A stretch of DNA of 59,907 bases, counting the filler, from Basidiobolus ranarum (taxonomy: Eukaryota), in NCBI GenBank assembly GCA_040143965.1. It is 3 parts of 3 records of this genome, joined end to end, with 100 filler letters (N's around TTAATTAATTAA, not from the genome) between each part and the next. Parts side by side here need not be neighbours in the genome. Positions count along the whole stretch, not along the records: positions 20,027 to 39,937 come from JASJQH010007114.1; 2 more parts are not named here. One strand, written 5' to 3'. The translations under genes were made by a program, and so were the position numbers. The notes beneath the pieces are model-generated. The model was not told the DNA's origin. It ran no database searches and worked only from the letters and a program-made list of their open reading frames with translations. Below are positions 25,195 through 37,339 of this stretch, piece by piece. Numbering within the stretch: position 1 is the first letter of the stretch; each line of letters begins with the position of its first letter.

Positions 25195-25659
25195 ACTGAT
25201 TGGAGGATATTAACGATCTAGGTGTTTGAATACATAAGATCTTCAGTAAAGCTACAGCTCTTTCCCCGGCTATTGCTGGCTGTACTTGGTAAGCGGTTTA
25301 ATGCTGATTTCTATTCTCGACTATTATTCCACCTTCAATTGATCGGAAGCTAAATGCTAGTAAAGCCAGTAAATCATATCCATGAATGCATGGAAACGTC
25401 GATTACATCGTAAATCCGGTGATGTCATGTCAACCCAGCCAAATGAGTAAGAGAAGATCAAGTTTTTTAGGGAGAATTTGAAATCTTTAAGCCATCTGTC
25501 TTTTAGGCAAGCAGGTTTAATATAAGCTATAAAAGCAGTTACCTATGTAGATGGTCTTCCTAAAATATAAATCGCTGCCGTATCACGTCCCACTACAAAC
25601 GTTACACATACTACGCGTTCCATCATAGGATTCGCTCGTACCACTATTCAGTTTCTATA

Positions 25660-25676
25660 TTATCAGATTATCAGAT
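25660..25676 (-). promoter_or_regulatory. Two overlapping ATCTGATAA GATA sites
   Basis: TTATCAGATTATCAGAT, ~340 bp upstream of the subtilisin ATG. Confidence 0.45.
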
Positions 25677-26013
25677 TATTTAACAAGTAAATCCTGGCAT
25701 GCATCTATAGAAAAAGTAAAGAATCGGCGAAAAACATACGAAAAGAAGTTTCTCCTTTGGGGATCATGTCCTTGAATTGGGATAAAGTGTTTGCATCGTA
25801 TGCTGTGCTCGCTTCTTGCTTCATTCGAATCTCCTTTCCTGCCCTTTGAACGTGAAAGAGTAATGTACTTTGGACCGTTACTTTTTTTCTGAAACGCACC
25901 CTTCCAAAATTGAAGTGGTTGCATGTACTGCTATATTTAAAATATCTATAAAATCAACCAGCTTCGTAGTAGTTAAGGTATTCAGCTCGCAATCCAGGTC
26001 TGCACAATTGACT

Positions 26014-28760
26014 ATGAAGCTTCAACAATTGTTCCTACTATCGGCGCTGATAATGGCCGACGCCATTCATGGGCGGGAAGCTTTTCTCAAAAGGTCCATT
26101 TCCGAAGCTCATCAAGATGCTAGTAGTGACAATAGGAGTATTCTACCAAACGCTTTTATCGTTGAATTCAACGAGTCTGGCAGCGAATCCGTTCCTGAAC
26201 AAGAACATCATCAGTTCCGTACTACTCTGAATGATATGGGAATTGCTTTCAAAGAGCGTACTTCTTTTACCGATTTTATGAATGCTATATCTATTCATGT
26301 GGATCCCAAAGATGTGGGATCACTCCAATCTTTACCAAACGTGAAAGCTATTTGGCCTGTAGTAAGTGGAAGTGGATTTTGTATCTAATATACATTAATA
26401 TAACATAGTTTTATTTTAGATCAATCATAAAAGAGGAGTAGGCCTGTCTAAAAACCCTAGTAAGGAGAAGAAGAAAGAGGAAAAGAAGCCCAAAAAATTG
26501 GTCCAATCTCTGCCCTCGAACTTGATCGCATCTCCTCACTTACTGACCGGCGTAGATAAAGTCCACAAGCTACTTAAGAATACTGGGGCTGGTATTAGGG
26601 TTGGTGTAATTGATACAGGTATTGATTACACTCATCCTGCTTTGGGAGGTTGTTTCAAAGGGAAACACTGCAGAGTCCAATATGGCTACGATTTTGTTGG
26701 TAACGGATATGATGATACTCCAGAATCTCTAGCTCCCAGTGCTGACCCAAAGGATTGTGATGGTCATGGTACTCACGTTGCCGGAATCATTGGAGCTAAT
26801 GATAAAAATTTCGTGGGTGTCGCACCAGAAGTAATCTTTGGAGCTTATAAGGTGTTTGGTTGTGATTCAAACTATCCTGAAGATATGGTCATTAAAGCCA
26901 TCGAAATGGCAGTCAAAGATAAAATGAATGTCATCAATCTTTCAATGGGTACCTCATCACCTTTCCCGGATGATCCCTTGACTAGAGCATTAAACAAAGC
27001 AGTGGATAAGGGAGTGGTCGTTGCAGTAGCAGTCGGAAATAGTGGAAGCGGTGGACTCTGGACCTCAGGTTCTCCTTCTACTGCAAAAAATGTCATCAGT
27101 ATCGGATCCGTGGACAATTCAAAATATCCTGGACAAACATTTAAAGTAAGCGGACTAAAGAACAAATCTGATGTGAATGAATTCGGTAAGTTGGTTTATT
27201 CTGTGGGATATTTTCTACCCTTTCCGAGTCTAATCAATGTTTTATTATTTTGTTTCCTCAGTTGCTGGTTGGGATGGCGCAAAACCAGTAAAGCTCCAGA
27301 AGGTACCTCTCATAGTTACCGAAGGCAACCCTTGCGAACCATTTGTTGGCCAAGACTTCCGTGGCAAGCTGGTACTTCTAAATCCATTCCATCACAACTT
27401 CTGCAGTCATGGACAGCAGGCACTATTCGCTCAGGAAGCGGGTGCTGTGGGGGCTCTGTCCTACTATTCCAACTATTACATTCCTTCCTCAAATTTCCCC
27501 GGTCTCAAGATTCCCTTGATGGGATTACATGATAGCTATGCTGAAGCTCTTAATACCTATGTTGCCGAAGGAAGAAATCTAACCATTTCTTTCAACTCTA
27601 CTCCAAAGTTATTTTCAGTTCCCAACGGTGGAAAACTTTCTGACTTCACATCTTGGGGACCAGATTTCCAATTGAATATCAAACCTGATTTAGTCGCTCC
27701 CGGAGGTACCATATACTCCACTTATCCAGTTAGCCAAGGCTCTTACATCCACATGGACGGTACTTCCATGTCTTCACCATATGTAGCTGGTTCCGCTGCT
27801 TTATATCTCAAAGCTAAAGGAAAGGTACCTGCCTCCTCTGTCCTTGGTGCCTTCCAGAACACAGCTAAACCTCTTATTGAAGGAAAGAATAATACTTTAG
27901 CGACCATAGTGAAGCAAGGAGCGGGATTATTGAACGTTTATGATGCGATTGCGGCAAAACTTACCATAACTCCATCCAAGCTGAGCTTGAATGATACAGT
28001 TCACTTAAAGCCAGTGCAAACCTTGAAAGTGAAAAATAACGATAAAAAGGCGATCACGTTCCGTATCTCTCATGATTCAGCATTTACCGTCAACGGTTAC
28101 AATAATAAGCAAAAATTGTTAACTAGAAGCGAAACAACTTTCCTTAAGACTTCTGCTAAAGTTAAGCTTAGCAGAACTAAGATAACTATTCAACCAGGCC
28201 GTACAGTTTCTATCACAGCCCACTTCACCCCTCCAAAGGTCAACAAAACAGATTTCCACTTGTATAGTGGATTCATTCGTTTCACTCCCGTCAATTCAAA
28301 GGCTCAAGTCCTAAGAGTTCCTTATCTTGGAGCTAGCGGTGACTTCCATAGTAGATTTGTGATTAAGAAATCTAGTGGAGATGAACCATTTATGTTCAGC
28401 GAAGGTACCCGTGAAGAACAGACTGTCTACACATTCAAAGACAAGGATCATCCCTTGATTTATCTTTTTAACAATCACCCTACAGCTTTGGTGAAAGGAA
28501 CTTTGCTGAAGTCCGGAAAAGAGATTGGCAGCTTTGTGGAGGCCCAAAACATTCCCCGTCAGATTGGCTTCAACTATTCATTTGTCAGATTTGATGGCAC
28601 AGTGGTCAAATCTGTCCGTGGTGTTAAGAAGGAAGTTTCAGTACCCAATGGTTCAGGATATCGTGTCAAGTTAGAGCTACTTCGGCCATTAGGTAATCCT
28701 AATTCCAAGAAGGATTATGACGTCTGGACTTCGGAAAAATTCCAAATCCAAAGAAAATAG
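26014..28760 (+). CDS. Secreted subtilisin S8A protease (I9 prodomain, PA insert, Fn3-like tail); introns 26362-26419 and 27186-27261
   Basis: Catalytic triad in VIDTGIDY, GHGTHVAG and GTSMSSP; SWGP, KPDLVAPGG, QGAGL; signal peptide. Confidence 0.95.
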
Positions 28761-28870
28761 AATAATGCCGCTAGAAATGATTAATGCTGCTGGATGATGA
28801 AATCCCAGTCAAGAATATTTCAATATACCATTTAATACTTACTGTTAGTTGAAACTATAATAAATTCCCT

Positions 28871-28980
28871 TTATCAGATTTGATTTAAGCTTATTCGTTA
28901 CTCAGTTGTGTAATATTACTAAAAGTAGCAATGAAACAGCCCAATACAAAATACGAAATTATCTGATTGATTTATCAGAT
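28871..28980 (-). promoter_or_regulatory. Cluster of three ATCWGATAA GATA sites
   Basis: TTATCWGAT at 28871, 28959 and 28972. Confidence 0.5.
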
Positions 28981-29550
28981 GCAGATGTGAACTAAATGAT
29001 CAAGTGAATATATAGCAAAATGATCCTGAAGCTAGAATACTTGTGGTATTAATGTCTCTTATACAAATTGAATGTTGGGTCCAATACCTCACAGCATTTC
29101 CCTCAATATCTCAATTGATGCATGAGCGTACTTGTCGGCTGATGAAAGTGGAAAATCACTTAATGGGAAATATATTCCTTCCCATAGTCTCTAATGGGGC
29201 AATTCAACACATTTGGCGCAAGAATCACCAGCAGATCACAATCGGAATTCTGTAACTTTCTCACCCACGAAACACGTGTTTAGTAGTCACCGAATTCATC
29301 TAGAAACCCCTCTCCATATCACTTTGATACTTAAAATTTTTCAATGGTTGTCAAAGTTCCACGAGAAAGTAGTTTATATCCGAATTGAGTAAATGCTTGG
29401 TGATACATTCCATGAGTACCCATGTTAACTGGGGAAGAAAATGTGTGGGCAATGTATATAAGCTCGACCTTCCACACTCTAGTTAATTCGCAATTCATCT
29501 TATCTTGCAATCCATCTCTTCAACTTTCAAGCAATTGAAACTGTACAAAA

Positions 29551-30705
29551 ATGTCTCTCGCTACTACTGCTGATGCTTACTATTGCAATGCCCAAAAGCC
29601 CTGCACACGTGAAGGATTTACTTGCAAAGATAATAAGTACTGTACCGCTGAAGTGTCCTCCGCAAGCTGTGCCACTCCATTTGTTGCTCGTATTAGCAAT
29701 GTGTATACTCAGTTCTGCAACGTACCCGATACTCTTGCCGCAGAAGTAACTGATGCTACTGGTTGCGCTTCATTTGAAAGTTACCATCAAGGTGTCTGCC
29801 TTTTAAAGGAACCCACTACTAATATTGTAGCCAAAACAGTAGACTCATACTTTTGCAGTGCCAGCAAATCCTGCCCCATCGCCGGACATACTTGTAAAGA
29901 CAACAAGTACTGTGTCTCAGAGGTTGAAGCCACTTCTGATTGCGGTAAGCAGGCTTTTGTTGCTCGTGTCAATGACGTCTACACCAAGTTCTGTAAGGTT
30001 CCTGAGGTTCTTAACGCTCAAGCAGTTGATGCCTCTGCCTGCACATCTTGGGAAACTTTCCATCATGGTGTTTGTCTTTTAAATAATGCCTCCCCTCAAA
30101 CTGCCACTAGCATGTCCGCTTACTTCTGTAACTCAAGCAAGAGTTGCCCCCTACCTGGTTATAGCTGCCATTACAGCAAATACTGCCTCCCAGAAATGTC
30201 CACCAACTCAGTATGTGCTAGCGAAAGTGCTAAACCCTTTGTCGCTCGTATCAACGATACTTACACCTACTTCTGTGATATTCCTAACTCTCTCGATCAA
30301 TATGCCGCTAGTAGCATCGATTGTGCCAACTGGGAAGATTATCACTCCGGAATTTGTATGTTGAAAAAATGTAGCCAATCTCAAGCTGCCTGTATCAATG
30401 GTGATAACGAAATGTGCTCTATGCTTGGTGCCCAAGCTGCTGACATCAACTGCTATGGCCATAACGCTCATGGTGGCATTATGGAGGCCAAATCAGCTGG
30501 TTTAAGTGGAGGAAAAATTGCTGGTATTGCCATTGGCTCCATCGCTGGTATCGCCCTTCTCGGTGCCGCTGCCTTCTTTGCATTCCGTCGTAGCAAGAAG
30601 AACAAGAAGACTAATGTCACTCCTGGAGTTCCATCTATGGAAACTCTTCCTAACTACTCCTCCGGCAATGTCCATGTTGTTGTAGATGAGAAAGCTCGCA
30701 TTTAA
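29551..30705 (+). CDS. Single-pass membrane protein with three 8-Cys repeats; intronless
   Basis: Three ~90-aa repeats, a GxxxG-rich TM followed by RRSKKNKK, and an LPNY tail; TATATAA at ~29455. Confidence 0.9.
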   Translation: MSLATTADAYYCNAQKPCTREGFTCKDNKYCTAEVSSASCATPFVARISNVYTQFCNVPDTLAAEVTDATGCASFESYHQGVCLLKEPTTNIVAKTVDSYFCSASKSCPIAGHTCKDNKYCVSEVEATSDCGKQAFVARVNDVYTKFCKVPEVLNAQAVDASACTSWETFHHGVCLLNNASPQTATSMSAYFCNSSKSCPLPGYSCHYSKYCLPEMSTNSVCASESAKPFVARINDTYTYFCDIPNSLDQYAASSIDCANWEDYHSGICMLKKCSQSQAACINGDNEMCSMLGAQAADINCYGHNAHGGIMEAKSAGLSGGKIAGIAIGSIAGIALLGAAAFFAFRRSKKNKKTNVTPGVPSMETLPNYSSGNVHVVVDEKARI

Positions 30706-31089
30706 ACTGGTTTCCTTTAATTCTAAACCGCATAAATTCATCCTTTAAAGCATATTTGGAAAAAGCAATTCCATCTATTAGTTCGACTAAATATATCAGC
30801 ATTTTCATCATAAACATTTAAATAAACTACTGATTAACTGCACAAATCATATATATATATTTAACTGTGTGCCTATTATCTAGCAATCAATAAACGAGTT
30901 GCGATTGAAAAAGATTCATTGAAACCTCTGCTACAAAAAGATAGCACAATATAGTCTTCCTTAACATACATCTATGGAAACCACTCCATCACCGATAGCG
31001 ACAATCTTGCATAATTACGCAGAGCATTTTGAGAGTATTCATAACATGTCAATGATTTAATTGTTTCTGGAGGTCTAACAGCTCTTGCA

Positions 31090-31430
31090 GACAACGAAAA
31101 GATCGGTCGAGGGTCCTAGGAACCCCTTACCAACCTTAATATATTCTGACAGGATAGGTTTATCCTTGCCACGGGAAATTTTCTCAACATCTCTGGTCCT
31201 GATTCTTTCTACTGCTTCTCTTTCTAGGATCTCGTCTAAAAAGAATTCCTCGACACAAATAGACCAGAGAATAGCTCCAAGAGAGTGGTTATCAGACTTA
31301 CGGGCTCTTCATATCTGCATATTTCTCAGGAGATACGAATCTTGTGGTGCTGGTAATATTTCCAGATGTTCTATCCTCAAGCTAAGTGAACTTGGATAAT
31401 CCGAAATCCAAAAGAGCCAAGATTTTTCGG
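31090..31430 (-). pseudogene. Protein kinase pseudogene fragment (subdomains VII-XI)
   Basis: Minus strand reads LLDFGLSKFT*...TTRFVSPEKY, then after a frameshift KSDNHSLGAILWSI. Confidence 0.7.
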
Positions 31431-31564
31431 TTGAGGGCCAAATAGTAAAGAAACTAAATTACCAAATTAAATCCAGGTGAATAGGAAATGATTACTTTAG
31501 AAAATGGATTTTATTAGGTGATATATGGATGCTGATGAATTGGTACAGTAATCTAAAACCAACT

Positions 31565-32142
31565 TTAAAATTGAGTAACAACGGCGGCAAAAAGACTAAC
31601 AAGAGCTAACATGCCACCAGTACGTAGAGTGGCGGCGGAGTTGGTGGCTTTTGGTGTTGTTTTATCACCAGTAGGAGTGGAGTTGGTAGTTTGAGAGGCA
31701 CCGCTAGCGGAGCCAGTAGGCTTAGGATTATTCAATGCATTGGTGGTGGTATCCTTACCAACTAGTTCACCGTACCAGTTGCAAATAGGTCTGAAGTTCG
31801 TCATAAAGATATCGAGGTCAGCCTTTGGACAATTTCCCATACATTCCATGGCCTCATTCATATATTTGTTGTAATTTGCGCCAGTCTTGTCACAGAAAAG
31901 ATCAAGAGACTTCAAGAAGTTAGGACTCTTAGGGTCCACAGTATATCCATCAACAAGCTTACTACCGGTTGTCTATTAAATACATCTGTTAGTATATAGC
32001 TTAGGCTGCAAGATGACACTAAAAATTTACTGACCATACTGCACTTGTCAATGCACTCAGGATTCTGAGGGAATGGATATTCGGTTTGAGCGGATACCAA
32101 GGCGGCAACGAAGACAGTGAAGAGAGTGGAAGTCAAATGCAT
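31565..32142 (-). CDS. Small secreted 6-Cys protein with Ser/Thr stalk and GPI signal; intron 31973-32034
   Basis: Signal peptide MHLTSTLF...VSA; C-terminal NSAA followed by a hydrophobic tail. Confidence 0.88.
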
Positions 32143-32260
32143 TGTTGATGGTTCAAGTGAATGATTTTCTATGAAGCTGTCGAAGGTTTTTATATGGATT
32201 TTTATACTTCCAAGATCTAATGAGGTAGTTTAAGTCAAATTGGGCTTGGTGCAACCTATT

Positions 32261-32281
32261 TTATCTGATGATTTATCAGAT
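32261..32281 (-). promoter_or_regulatory. Paired ATCWGATAA GATA sites upstream of the GPI protein
   Basis: TTATCTGATGATTTATCAGAT, ~120 bp upstream of the ATG; nearly identical to 28959-28980. Confidence 0.55.
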
Positions 32282-34069
32282 GGAGAATTGATCTTAGATT
32301 TTCTTCGGATCTGATTAATTTCTCTGATTAGTTCCTCTAAAGCTTTTATATCTAGGAACCAATTGCATTCAAGATTCCATTTGAAGATCAATTTGACTTG
32401 TACACAACATATCTGATTGCTAGTAATAACATATCTATTAGTCTCCGTGCCGTGGTATGTTTGTGGTATGTTTGGTGTTCTTCAATTACTAAATTATCTC
32501 CTTTACTCCGATTCGTAAGCTCGGAGTTACCTTTTATGGATAGTTACGAGTGGGAATTACTGCTTAAAACCAGTCGTAGAATCCAGTCGTAGAATCCAGT
32601 ACAATACCTTAACCGTACTGGTCATAAAGTGGCAACAACAACAGTACTAAAAGCATTTCCAGGATTGAAAATAGTTTTGGACGGGTAATTACGCTACCTT
32701 GAAACCGACATTTTCACATGTATAAGGCTGCAGTATAGACTCATATCTACTAACCTTGGAATATGAAAGAATGTTCATTCATCGCCTTGAACCAGTGCTT
32801 ACACGGAGACCACATTTTCCTAATTCAAATTAATATCAAAGGCTATGATATGAATACCTAGCTTACAATATGATGGTTGTGACATAAGTTTCCTGATACA
32901 CATGCCAACAAGTTATCCCTTAGGGGTAGTACACCTGAGAGACTACATCACAGTGCTGCTTTGAGTTATAGTTACTGAAAATATCCCTCTGTAACCAGTA
33001 AGCAGCAGCAATCAGATCTTTTGTCTTAGACCATATGATAGAGCCTGAGATACTCTTCCAATTCTACATACTCTTCCGATTCTCACCAGGGTTATCACTG
33101 TACAAGAAAATAAGTACCAAGAGGTTCAGTTGGAAGAGTTGATCAAAAAAGCCACTGCCATCCTTGATATAGTTATCATTACAACTATGAGCAAATAAGG
33201 AATAAACTGGACTAGCCTACCTGACCAGTACAATTTCTCTTGATCCCTTTACGACCATTAATAGAGGAATATGCAAGGCTATAGTCAACTCGAGCTGAAA
33301 AAACCAGGGATCAATATCTTTCCCACGTTTATTTGATCACCAGTATGGCAAGATGAGCAGGACAATGAATACTAATACCACCCATTCTCTTTCCGGTTAT
33401 GGCCATTAGGATAAATATTACCACATATAGTTGTTAAATGAAAGTATATATATTTTTCATAATTTGGGTACCGTCAAATCTTGATGGTTCTAGTATAAGG
33501 TAAACCTTTTCGCAAAGAATCATATTGAAAGAACCTTCTTATCACTTTACCATAATGTAAGTTACAGCTTGCAGAAATTAATTGAAAATAATGTTGTAAA
33601 TAAAGTAATATTAGAATGGAAAATTTATTAAACTATAAAACATGGCAGTTGGCCAATATCCTATCAACAAATGGAAATAGACAAGAATTAGGGTACATTC
33701 AGCACTTCTATCACTTCCATTATCTTGCCTGCAATCCTTACTGCTTCATGCCATGTATTCCTCTAAGTGTACTTCTCTGGAAATTTCCCATTTTTGGTTG
33801 GAATTAAGGTCAAGTGGTCCTTGAATAAGAAATTGGTATAAACTGTGACGTACTTCACTCAATTAGGTATTCGCTGTAGATGACTGTATTCTATTATGAA
33901 TATTAACTATCGTCCACTGAGAGCAGCTACGGTGTGTTTGGGATCATGATGAACTCCCTTCAAAACGTATAGTGCGTGAGATATCTATGAATTCTTTGCA
34001 AAAATATCGAGATGAAAGAGAATTACAAGGAATGAGACTCAAAATTGGTATTTATTTTGTATATATATA

Positions 34070-34690
34070 TTACCCGTGATGAGTTTGAATCTTGATGTGG
34101 ATTAACCTTACTGGCAACTGCTTCCAAACTCAATATCTCAGTATTTGAGATGGGCAGCCACACTCATAGGAAATTGCAATTCGAATCCTCAACGATGGTA
34201 CCATTGCCAATAGCATGACAAAGGACAGTGGATTCATCATAATTAATCCAAACCACTTGTGGAGTGTGAAGGAATCCCAATATTTCCGCAGGAGCTCTGG
34301 GGATTACGCATTAAAATAACTCCACTTCTTAAATAAAAACAAAGATGAGCATTGGCATAGATGAATGCTTTAAAATTTTCTTCAAGCTCGCCCTCTGAAG
34401 CTCACAATAATCTTCTCTTGTTGATTGCATCTAATATATCCAGCCATTTCGCTATCACTATTTTCTATTTAAGTAATAACGTTAAGATCACCGACACACC
34501 GGCTCCCACGGGACCAACCTAAAATTTTGTCTTCAAGGCAGTAAGCGACCGATGCATATTTAGCTGAAGTCTTCAACATGGACGAAATGGAATCCTCAAC
34601 CGGATAATACGGAGCTATAGGCTTAGAATGATCCCAGGGGAATGAGGCCGCATGGCCACAGAATAAAAGGTAGAAACTCTTGGATAACAT
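34070..34690 (-). pseudogene. Class-3 lipase pseudogene with internal deletion
   Basis: SAKYASVAYC...GW...C and VIPRAPAEILGFLHTPQVVWINYD...C...EDSNC* resemble the lipase at 12251. No GxSxG core found; in-frame stops present. Confidence 0.7.
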
Positions 34691-35323
34691 CGTTAGGTAA
34701 GCGTCTCCTAACATTTTCTTCAGTTTATATACATTTACTTCAAGTGAAAGAAGTCCTTCGAATAGTCTAGATACAAATTCAGGTTTCTTGAAGCTCAAAT
34801 ATTATTGGATTGCAACGGTTATTTACGTCAGGTAGTATACTGAGTATTATACGGAAGTTATGGTCTCTCCATATTAGTCGACCATTCTTACCAAGGTATA
34901 TGTGATCGAAACAAACCAAGCGAAATAGGATTTAACTTGTATGGAACGAACTGTAGCAGCTGTATCTACTAGTTCCATAACCTGACAGGTGAGCCATAAT
35001 GCTATCACTTACAATACTACATGACTGGATCTATTCAAATTGAAATAATTATTAAACCAAATAATACAACCACGATATTCAGATCTCCTATTATAATGTG
35101 CCTACTCACCGATTCATGTTGCCTACTAACATACACTGCCTCGGTAACAATTGCTTTACTTAGGCCATGGAAACTAATGAGAAGTAATCTTAAGGTGAAT
35201 TTTCCTTCAATTTTATTATCGCTGAATGGTTAAGAATTTAAGTGGTCTGACTATGAAGTGGATATGATATTATGATATAACACCCCTCTTGTGCTGGGAG
35301 TGCTTTAAAGATTGAGCTGTCAG

Positions 35324-35773
35324 TCAAACAGTTTCAGTTGACGGAGAGTCTAGTTCTGGCTCTGGCTCTGGCTGTGCATATGGGAGTTCTTGACTTATTT
35401 GCTCAGATCCTGAATCGGTTGGATTTTTTAAATCATCTGGATTTCCATATGCTGGCTGTGTGGATTCCTCTTCGATTTCTGCACTGGGAGCGGTTTGATA
35501 CTCAAAACTACTCTCTTTCTTCATTATTGTCTCGACTGTATTAGGGTCTTTCTGTTTTCTGGAAATTGTGGTGAATACATGCTTCCAGACTGGGATTTGT
35601 GTTTTCTGCTTAGAAGTAGAAGGCAACTGAGTTGATGCTTCTGGCTTCAATACATCACTGTGACTAGTAGCCACAGATGGGTTGGCTGTAGATGCAAGAT
35701 AATTGACAGGAGTCGAATATACTACTTGAACTAAAGCAGCGCATGTGAGTAATTTGGTGATAGTGAGTTGCAT
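35324..35773 (-). CDS. Small secreted low-complexity (Ser/Thr/Pro/Glu-rich) protein
   Basis: Signal peptide MQLTITKLLTCAALVQVVYS; 149-aa intronless ORF. Confidence 0.65.
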   Translation of the reverse strand: MQLTITKLLTCAALVQVVYSTPVNYLASTANPSVATSHSDVLKPEASTQLPSTSKQKTQIPVWKHVFTTISRKQKDPNTVETIMKKESSFEYQTAPSAEIEEESTQPAYGNPDDLKNPTDSGSEQISQELPYAQPEPEPELDSPSTETV

Positions 35774-37339
35774 GTTTAGGTGGTGCTAGAATGTTACAGT
35801 CCAAACCCCGCTTTTATTACCAAAATTGCCTTGAAATTTAGTCACAAACCCATAATTCTATGATGAGCAAGTCTGATGGAATTCCAGTCGAGGTACTATA
35901 TTAGTTAGTAAGATCTCTAAAATATCTCTACGTGATTAAATCTGAGTATTTGGCCATGATTCCATCGCTTTAAAGCCTATTGAAGTATCAATTTTACTGT
36001 AAATTCGTCACAATTTAATATTCATACTATAATTTAGACTTGCACAACATTGATGGAACTTTTTCGATGTAGCAGTGCTCCAAGTTTGATTCATCTACTT
36101 ATATACTTCGTAGTTTCAAGCATGACTTGAAGCCTATATATTCCAATGTAGTTTTTGCTTCAAGAAAGTTACAGTAACAAGCATTATCTATACCTTGCAT
36201 GCGAAAGTAAATGCATTGCAAGTTGTAGAACAATATGCTGATACAGCTGCTATCAATCTGCTAGAGAGTTTAGATGTACCTATCAGTTCAGAGGCATTTG
36301 CTTGATATTAGTCATCTCAAGCTATCAACTTTGAGCATGATTTGTCTGCAAACATCAACCCATATATACACTATTGTCCAAATATGATTCATTTTTTGCA
36401 TGCATTTTTATCACTAACAATATCTTGTCATTTACTTCGTGCTTTATAGGGATATTTATTTAAGCAGAGTCTAAATAACAGTTCTTTATCCTATGATGGT
36501 CATTTCAGCAATTTTACTAATATCATATACACTGGTATTCAAGGCAGTAAGTGAATCAGTTATGAGTGCAACATATTTTCAGTAAAAGTTTGCATTTCCA
36601 GCTATATTTCCAAGTTCTGTAATGTATAAAAGCAAATATTTTAACATTATGCCTTTACCCATGGTTACTACATGTCCCATACAAACTTTGCTGGCTAGTA
36701 GCAAGTTAAAATATCTCAATAAATAAATGCTGATCAGTTGTTTATCAAAATATCAGAAGTTCAGCATGTTGAGATTATGCACATTGGCAGCTATTTTAAC
36801 CTCATATATGGAAAGAAAATGCCACTTCTTAGCAAGCAATGCATTAAAAGTGACTTATGATTCAACAACTATCACAAACATCTTCAAAATTTGCTATACA
36901 CTATTGACAAGGAATCAATTTATAAGAAGTAGAACTTGAAAGGGCAATCTTCTATATCCCTTATAGCTGCAAATATATCTACTAAAAGAGGCTTTGTTTA
37001 AATGACTCTCTGTAAGGTTAGGGAGGATGAAAAGCACCAGGTGGTGTTGACTTTATTTAGCTTATATACTAATCTAAACAAACTGACAATAAGACATCAA
37101 TCATTTAAAATAATGTGACAAAATGGTTCATATCCTTACTTAACTTCATGATCAATGTAATCCAGTTCTGAGGATGTAAATATAGTGTTAAAGGGCACAG
37201 GTGGTAACCAGAAAGGAAGATACTCAGGGTTAGGTTTTTAGTAACATTGTTAAGCATCACCTATATATGGTGTACTTTAAGATAATCAAACAAGGTAAAA
37301 AGTAACAGTAAATGAAGAAGTATGAAATTCCAGTAGAGC

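Noticed and set aside
26498-28760. Apparent frameshift between two subtilisin ORFs
   Set aside because: Explained by a canonical intron at 27186-27261.
32569-32600. Short tandem repeat CCAGTCGTAGAAT (similar small duplications near 6408, 16965, 17727) as possible CRISPR-like arrays
   Set aside because: Only about two units with no regular spacers, in a eukaryotic context; ordinary slippage.
32740-33420. Possible decayed coding sequence
   Set aside because: Coding-like composition, but I could not identify any family motif.
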